64,000 nt of DNA from Arcobacteraceae bacterium (GTDB taxonomy: Bacteria; Campylobacterota; Campylobacteria; Campylobacterales; Arcobacteraceae). The notes below the pieces were generated by a model. It had not been told where the DNA came from. It searched no databases and saw nothing but the letters and a program-made list of their open reading frames with translations. Each line of letters opens with the position of its first letter. Within the stretch, counting starts at the first letter, position 1. The position numbers and the translations under genes were made by a program. Shown here piece by piece: positions 58,832 to 64,000 of this stretch. The stretch lies in assembly GCA_963662945.1 (NCBI GenBank), contig OY759974.1, positions 768,001 through 832,000 of the forward strand, written 5' to 3'.

Positions 58832-59548
58832 TTGAATATAAAAAGATATTTTAATTCGTTTTTTGTAGCTTCTATATTCTATAGTTTCTTAATTATTACT
58901 CTTCTTTATTCATTTGAAGAAGTCAATATTGCACCTTCAAAAACACAACATTCAATCCAAAATGTCAAATTTACCCTTATTAATTTACCAAAAGAAATAG
59001 AAAAACCTGAAGTTGAAAAACAAGAGATTGTTAAAAAAGAACCTCAACCTAAACAAATAGAACCAAAAGTTGTTAAAAAAATTAATCCTAAAAAAATATC
59101 TCCTAAAAAAATTGTTAAAAAAATAGAACCAAAAGTTGAAAAAAAAGAAAAAGAAATTGTTAAAAAAACAGAAAAGATAAAAAAACAAATTGTTGCAAAT
59201 CAAATTAAAAAAAGTGACTCTACTGAAAAAAAAGAAACTGTAAAAACTGATTTAAAACAATTAAAAATGAAACAACATAAATATTATTCTCAAATCAAAC
59301 AAACAATTGATAAAAATAAATCATATCCTCAAGTTGCTGTACGAAGAGGAATTCAAGGTGAAGTAAAAATACAATTTACAATATCAAAAGATGGTGAGTT
59401 ACTTTCATATAAAATATTAGATGGACAAAAAATATTTTTTAAGTCTATCAGTGAAGCTATACAAAATAGTTTCCCTCTTATTCCTCCAAATGATATTTTT
59501 ACATCAAACCTAGATTTAAAATTAACATTACACTATAAGTTGTATTAA
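58832..59548 (+). CDS. tonB: TonB energy transducer
   Basis: AAGGAG RBS and TTG start, N-terminal TM, Lys/Glu/Pro-rich linker, YPQVAVRRGIQGEVKIQFTI. Confidence 0.9.
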   Translation: MNIKRYFNSFFVASIFYSFLIITLLYSFEEVNIAPSKTQHSIQNVKFTLINLPKEIEKPEVEKQEIVKKEPQPKQIEPKVVKKINPKKISPKKIVKKIEPKVEKKEKEIVKKTEKIKKQIVANQIKKSDSTEKKETVKTDLKQLKMKQHKYYSQIKQTIDKNKSYPQVAVRRGIQGEVKIQFTISKDGELLSYKILDGQKIFFKSISEAIQNSFPLIPPNDIFTSNLDLKLTLHYKLY

Positions 59549-59626
59549 TAATTCTTTCAACAACTTATAACACAAATTATAGTATAAAGCATACTACAAA
59601 TCATTTCATTTAAAAGAGAAAAAATT

Positions 59627-61195
59627 ATGAAACAATCACATTCAATCAATGGTGATATTTTTGGTGGAATTACTGCTGCAATTGTTGCATTGCCATTAGG
59701 ATTAGCCTTTGGTGTTGCTAGTGGATTAGGTGCTGCTGCTGGAATATACGGAGCAATAATATTAGGCTTTTTTGCCTCTGCATTTGGTGGAACAAAAACA
59801 CAGATTTCTGGTCCAACTGGTCCTATGACTGTTGTATTAGCCTCTTCTGTTGTTGTGCTGAATGGAGATGTACATGCTATTGCTGCCATGGTTTTACTTG
59901 CAGGAATTTTTCAAATAGTATTTGCTTTTTTTCAAATAGGAAAATATGTAAAATATATACCTTATCCTGTAATATCAGGATTTATGAGTGGAATTGGTGT
60001 CATTATTATACTCTTACAAATCAATCCATTTTTAGGTCTCAAAAGTCAAGCAGATATTATAACTATTTTACAAACTTTACCTACAAATTTATTACATATC
60101 AATTTTGATGCTATGTTATTAGCTACAGCTACACTTCTAATAATGTTATTAACACCATCAAAAATATCTAGAATTATTCCTTCTCCACTAATTGCATTAG
60201 GAATATTAACTTCAGTCAGTGTAATCTTAGGATTACAAGTAGAAACAATTGGGGAAATTCCTTCAACATTGCCTAGTTTTATAATGCCAACTTTCAATTT
60301 TGAAAATTATAAAACCATTATAACTCTTGCTATTACCCTTGCATTATTAGGTTCAATAGATACACTACTTACCTCTTTAGTTGCAGATAACCTTACAAAA
60401 CAAAAACATAATTCAAATAAAGAACTTTTTGGACAAGGTCTTGGAAATAGTTTATGTGCATTAACTGGTTCGCTAGCAGGTGCAGGTGCAACAATGAGAA
60501 CAGTTATAAATATAAAAAGTGGTGGAACAACACAATTTTCTGGAATGATTCACGCTATTGTATTACTTTTAATAGTACTCTTTTTTGCACCTTTAGCATC
60601 ACAAATTCCACTTGCTGTTTTAGCTGGGATTCTTATAAAAGTGGGACTAGATATTTTAGATTATAAGTTTTTAAAAGTTATCAAAAATGCTCCTAAAAAC
60701 GATTTACTTGTAATGATCACTGTATTTTTTGTAACTGTTTTTATTGACCTTATCACTGCTGTTGGTCTTGGAATTGTTTTAGCTTCACTTTTAATTGTAT
60801 ATAGAATTACAAAAGCGACAAAAATAAGTACAACAAATTACAGACCATCAAAATTTGATGAATTGTTTGAAGACGATCCTTATATTCGTGTAGTAAAAAT
60901 AGAAGGTGCATTGTTTTTTGGCTCAACTATTGCTTTTGAAAATGAGATTAACTCTCTTTTAGATACTAAAACACTTATCATAGACTGTTTAGATGTTCCA
61001 TTTATAGATATAACTGCTATCTTTACATTGCAAGAATTAGTATCGCATTTAAACTATCAAAATATAGAAACTATTTTACTTCTAAATCCAGAACATCAGA
61101 AAAAACTTTTAAGTGTAGATGAGGCGAAAATATTTGAAAATACTATTATTACAAATTCTTTAGAAAATATTCCAATTCAATGTAAAATAAACTAA
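59627..61195 (+). CDS. SulP family anion permease (BicA-like) with STAS domain
   Basis: GDIFGGITAAIVALPLGLAFG, QISGPTGPM, ELFGQGLGN, GALFFG. Confidence 0.92.
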   Translation: MKQSHSINGDIFGGITAAIVALPLGLAFGVASGLGAAAGIYGAIILGFFASAFGGTKTQISGPTGPMTVVLASSVVVLNGDVHAIAAMVLLAGIFQIVFAFFQIGKYVKYIPYPVISGFMSGIGVIIILLQINPFLGLKSQADIITILQTLPTNLLHINFDAMLLATATLLIMLLTPSKISRIIPSPLIALGILTSVSVILGLQVETIGEIPSTLPSFIMPTFNFENYKTIITLAITLALLGSIDTLLTSLVADNLTKQKHNSNKELFGQGLGNSLCALTGSLAGAGATMRTVINIKSGGTTQFSGMIHAIVLLLIVLFFAPLASQIPLAVLAGILIKVGLDILDYKFLKVIKNAPKNDLLVMITVFFVTVFIDLITAVGLGIVLASLLIVYRITKATKISTTNYRPSKFDELFEDDPYIRVVKIEGALFFGSTIAFENEINSLLDTKTLIIDCLDVPFIDITAIFTLQELVSHLNYQNIETILLLNPEHQKKLLSVDEAKIFENTIITNSLENIPIQCKIN

Positions 61196-61268
61196 AATGA
61201 TTACATTAATTGGTAATTTTCCTAGTATATACTACAATATCAATTAAGATATTCTACGAAGGTAATCA

Positions 61269-62843
61269 ATGAACATAAAAAAGTTGGTAAGATATAGTTT
61301 TGTCGTCATAGCCCTACTGGTGTTTTTTATATTTGGAATTAATAAAATTATTCTTTATCAATTCAAAGAAAATGACATTATCAAAGAGCATATTACCACA
61401 CTTTTATCAACTCAAGAGAATATGAATAAACTTATTAAGAATCTTGATAGAACTTTGACTGTTGAAGAATTAGAAAAGATGAAACAAGATTTTTTTACCT
61501 ATGAAAAAAAATTCGAAAATAGAAAAGAACAACTATTTTCAAAAAAAAATACTGATATTTTAGATTTATTTCTTTTAGAAATGAATGAACAAGAGTTTGT
61601 TAAATCAAACATCTTAAAACTTATTGAAAATGAACACCAAATAGAAATCTATTTTGATACTTTATTTGATATACAATCAAAAAAAATAGAATATCAATTA
61701 TTATTTGATGAACTTTATCCTGAAGAAAATAATATTAGAAAAATTGTAGAAGAGAAAATTCTCCTTAAAAATGATTTTAAACTTTTAAAAGAGTTATCAG
61801 ATATTAAATATTATAGTAAAGAGTTATTATTTCAACATCGAGATAAACTTACGTTTGATAAATGGCAACAAAAAATACACCTACTTATTATAGATTATCC
61901 AATTAATATATTAAAACAATATGAAAAAGTAACAAATGATATTGGAAATGTTGTTTTAAAAATAGAAGCATTAAAAAATGAAGAGATTCAGATTATAAAA
62001 AAAATTTCTCAAACCATCGCTTCTAGCAATGAAATCAATAAAACTATAAAACAAGAGATCGAAAAGTTATCTCTAGAATTTCAAAATATGGTATATACAA
62101 TTAGTAGTATTCTCTTTTTAGTTTTAATTGTATTTATCATTATACTTGCTTATAAAGTCAATAAAAATGTTTCAATGAGTGTTGATGAGATAGAACAGCA
62201 AGTTCATAATGGCTTAGAAGAGATTAATAAATTAAATCAAGAGATTGCAGATACACAAAAAGAAGTTGTATTTACAATGGGTGCTATTGGTGAAAGCAGA
62301 AGTAAAGAAACAGGAAATCATGTAAAAAGAGTTGCTGAATATAGTAAGCTTTTAGCACTATTTTATGGACTAGAAGAAGATGAAGCAGAGATGTTAAAAC
62401 AAGCAAGTCCAATGCACGATATAGGAAAAATCGCTATTCCAGATGCTATTTTAAACAAGCCAGGTCGTTTTGATGAAAATGAGCGACTCATTATGAATAC
62501 CCATGCACATTTGGGATATGATATGTTAAAACATTCCAATAGAGACCTTTTAAAAATGGCAGCAATTGTAGCTTATGAACATCATGAAAAATGGGATGGG
62601 AGCGGTTATCCTAGAGGTTTAAAAGGTGAAGATATTCATATTTATGGAAGAATTACTGCTCTTGCTGATGTATTTGATGCTTTAGGCAGTGATAGATGTT
62701 ATAAAAAAGCTTGGGATGATGAGAAAATATTTCAGCTTTTTATGGAAGAAAAAGGAAAACATTTTGACCCAGCTCTTATTACAATATTTTTTGATAATTT
62801 AAGTGAATTTTTAAAAATTCGAGACACTTTTAAAGATAGTTAA
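61269..62843 (+). CDS. Membrane-anchored HD-GYP phosphodiesterase
   Basis: Two TM helices; ETGNHVKRV, MHDIGK, HHEKWDGSGYP, ADVFDAL...R.YK. Confidence 0.92.
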   Translation: MNIKKLVRYSFVVIALLVFFIFGINKIILYQFKENDIIKEHITTLLSTQENMNKLIKNLDRTLTVEELEKMKQDFFTYEKKFENRKEQLFSKKNTDILDLFLLEMNEQEFVKSNILKLIENEHQIEIYFDTLFDIQSKKIEYQLLFDELYPEENNIRKIVEEKILLKNDFKLLKELSDIKYYSKELLFQHRDKLTFDKWQQKIHLLIIDYPINILKQYEKVTNDIGNVVLKIEALKNEEIQIIKKISQTIASSNEINKTIKQEIEKLSLEFQNMVYTISSILFLVLIVFIIILAYKVNKNVSMSVDEIEQQVHNGLEEINKLNQEIADTQKEVVFTMGAIGESRSKETGNHVKRVAEYSKLLALFYGLEEDEAEMLKQASPMHDIGKIAIPDAILNKPGRFDENERLIMNTHAHLGYDMLKHSNRDLLKMAAIVAYEHHEKWDGSGYPRGLKGEDIHIYGRITALADVFDALGSDRCYKKAWDDEKIFQLFMEEKGKHFDPALITIFFDNLSEFLKIRDTFKDS

Positions 62844-62848
62844 AAAGA

Positions 62849-64000
62849 ATGATAAAACATATATTCACCAATAGTGCAGGTATTTTAGTTTCTAGAATTT
62901 TAGGCTTTTTGCGAGATTTATTAACTGCTTCAATTTTAGGTGCAAATATTTATAGTGATATATTTTTTGTGGCTTTTAAATTACCAAATCTTTTTAGAAG
63001 AATTTTTGCAGAAGGTGCTTTTACACAAGTGTTTATACCAGCATACGCAAAATCAAATTATAAAGTAAGTTTCAGTTCTGTCATTTTTTTACAATTTTTA
63101 GCTTTTATTATCATATTAAGTTTACTTGTCACTCTTTTTGCAGCACTTGTCACAAAAGTAATTGCTTTTGGATTTGATGCGTACACAATTGATTTAGCAG
63201 CACCTTTAGTAGCTATATGTTTCTATTATCTTCCTTTAATTTTTATTGTTACATTTCTAGCAGCTCTATTACAATATAAAAATCATTTTGCTACTACTGC
63301 ATTTTCAACAGCACTTCTTAATATTGCTCTTATTGTAGCTTTATTAATATCATCAAATATGGATAAATATACTATTACATTTTATCTAAGTTGGGGTGTT
63401 GTTGCTGGTGGTATTTTACAAGTCATCGTCCATCTTATAGCTATCAAAAAACTCAAGATAAAATTTTTCACAACCAATGTAAAAAAGAAAAAAAGAGATA
63501 TCAAACAATCAAAATTTTATAAACAATTTTATCCAGCTGTAGTTGGAAGTAGTGCTTCTCATATAGCTGCTTTTTTAGATACTTGGTTAGCATCACTTCT
63601 TGTAAGCGGAAGTATTAGTTATCTGTATTATGCAAATAGAGTATTTCAACTACCGCTCGCATTGTTTGCAATAGCAACTTCAGTTGCCCTCTTTCCAACT
63701 ATTGCAAAAGCAATTAAAAACAATGATGAACAAAAAGCACTAAGATTTATGAGAAAAGCTACAATTATCCTGTTTGCACTTCTTGGAAGTGCGACCATTG
63801 TTGGGATTGTTTTTGATAACTTTATTGTATGGCTTTTATTTGAAAGAGGTGCTTTTAGTGCTACAGATACAACACAAACTGCTCTTGTTCTTACGATGTA
63901 CCTTATTGGACTTTTACCTTTTGGATTGGCTAAAATTTTTTCTCTTTGGTTGTATGCCCATGAAAAACAAGGAATTGCAGCAAAAATAACGATGCAATCA
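62849..64000 (+). CDS. murJ: Lipid II flippase MurJ (runs off window end)
   Basis: Hand translation MIKHIFTNSAGILVSRILGFLRD...AFKLPNLFRRIFAEGAF...YLYYANRVFQLPLALF...LFERGAF; not in the ORF track. Confidence 0.95.
   Translation, partial: MIKHIFTNSAGILVSRILGFLRDLLTASILGANIYSDIFFVAFKLPNLFRRIFAEGAFTQVFIPAYAKSNYKVSFSSVIFLQFLAFIIILSLLVTLFAALVTKVIAFGFDAYTIDLAAPLVAICFYYLPLIFIVTFLAALLQYKNHFATTAFSTALLNIALIVALLISSNMDKYTITFYLSWGVVAGGILQVIVHLIAIKKLKIKFFTTNVKKKKRDIKQSKFYKQFYPAVVGSSASHIAAFLDTWLASLLVSGSISYLYYANRVFQLPLALFAIATSVALFPTIAKAIKNNDEQKALRFMRKATIILFALLGSATIVGIVFDNFIVWLLFERGAFSATDTTQTALVLTMYLIGLLPFGLAKIFSLWLYAHEKQGIAAKITMQS

Noticed and set aside
58985-59260. Low-complexity A-rich quasi-repeats
   Set aside because: They encode the normal Lys/Glu/Pro-rich TonB linker; not an array.
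1-64000. CRISPR array, tRNA/rRNA, IS element, prophage, poly-G/C phase-variation tracts, selenocysteine read-through
   Set aside because: None seen by eye; short or degenerate elements could have been missed without dedicated scans.

Overview
Strongly AT-rich chromosomal window from a Campylobacterota bacterium; gene content and order suggest Arcobacteraceae or a relative (inference). Bases 1-43.8 kb are mostly housekeeping, respiratory and signalling genes: nadE, a Na/Pi cotransporter, an OmpR-type two-component system beside two c-type cytochromes, a type-E sdhABE operon, folD-lepB-rpiB, bioD, a HiPIP, glcD, fliP, metY-metX-xseB, a dnaE with a single-base frameshift, the rpmJ-rpsM-rpsK-rpsD-rpoA-rplQ operon, tlyA, tpx and two chemoreceptors. 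The outstanding region is 43.77-59.55 kb. It encodes an OprC-like copper TonB-dependent receptor, exbBD, a second receptor, a Cys-containing DsbD_2/UreH-like membrane protein, a membrane polyferredoxin-NosL-like fusion, a second membrane ferredoxin, a putative double-cubane cluster reductase (DCCP) with its ASKHA ATPase activator, an RND pump lacking an adaptor, and tonB. Five putative promoters there, including one for an unannotated divergent 57-aa membrane protein, share the architecture TTAAC[A/G]-N5-TTAACA-N9-(-10 box). This looks like a co-regulated metal (probably copper) acquisition system coupled to ATP-driven low-potential reduction; the function is inferred, not shown. The window ends with SulP, an HD-GYP protein and partial murJ. 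I saw no tRNA, rRNA, CRISPR array or mobile element. Family assignments come from motif recognition, not database searches.
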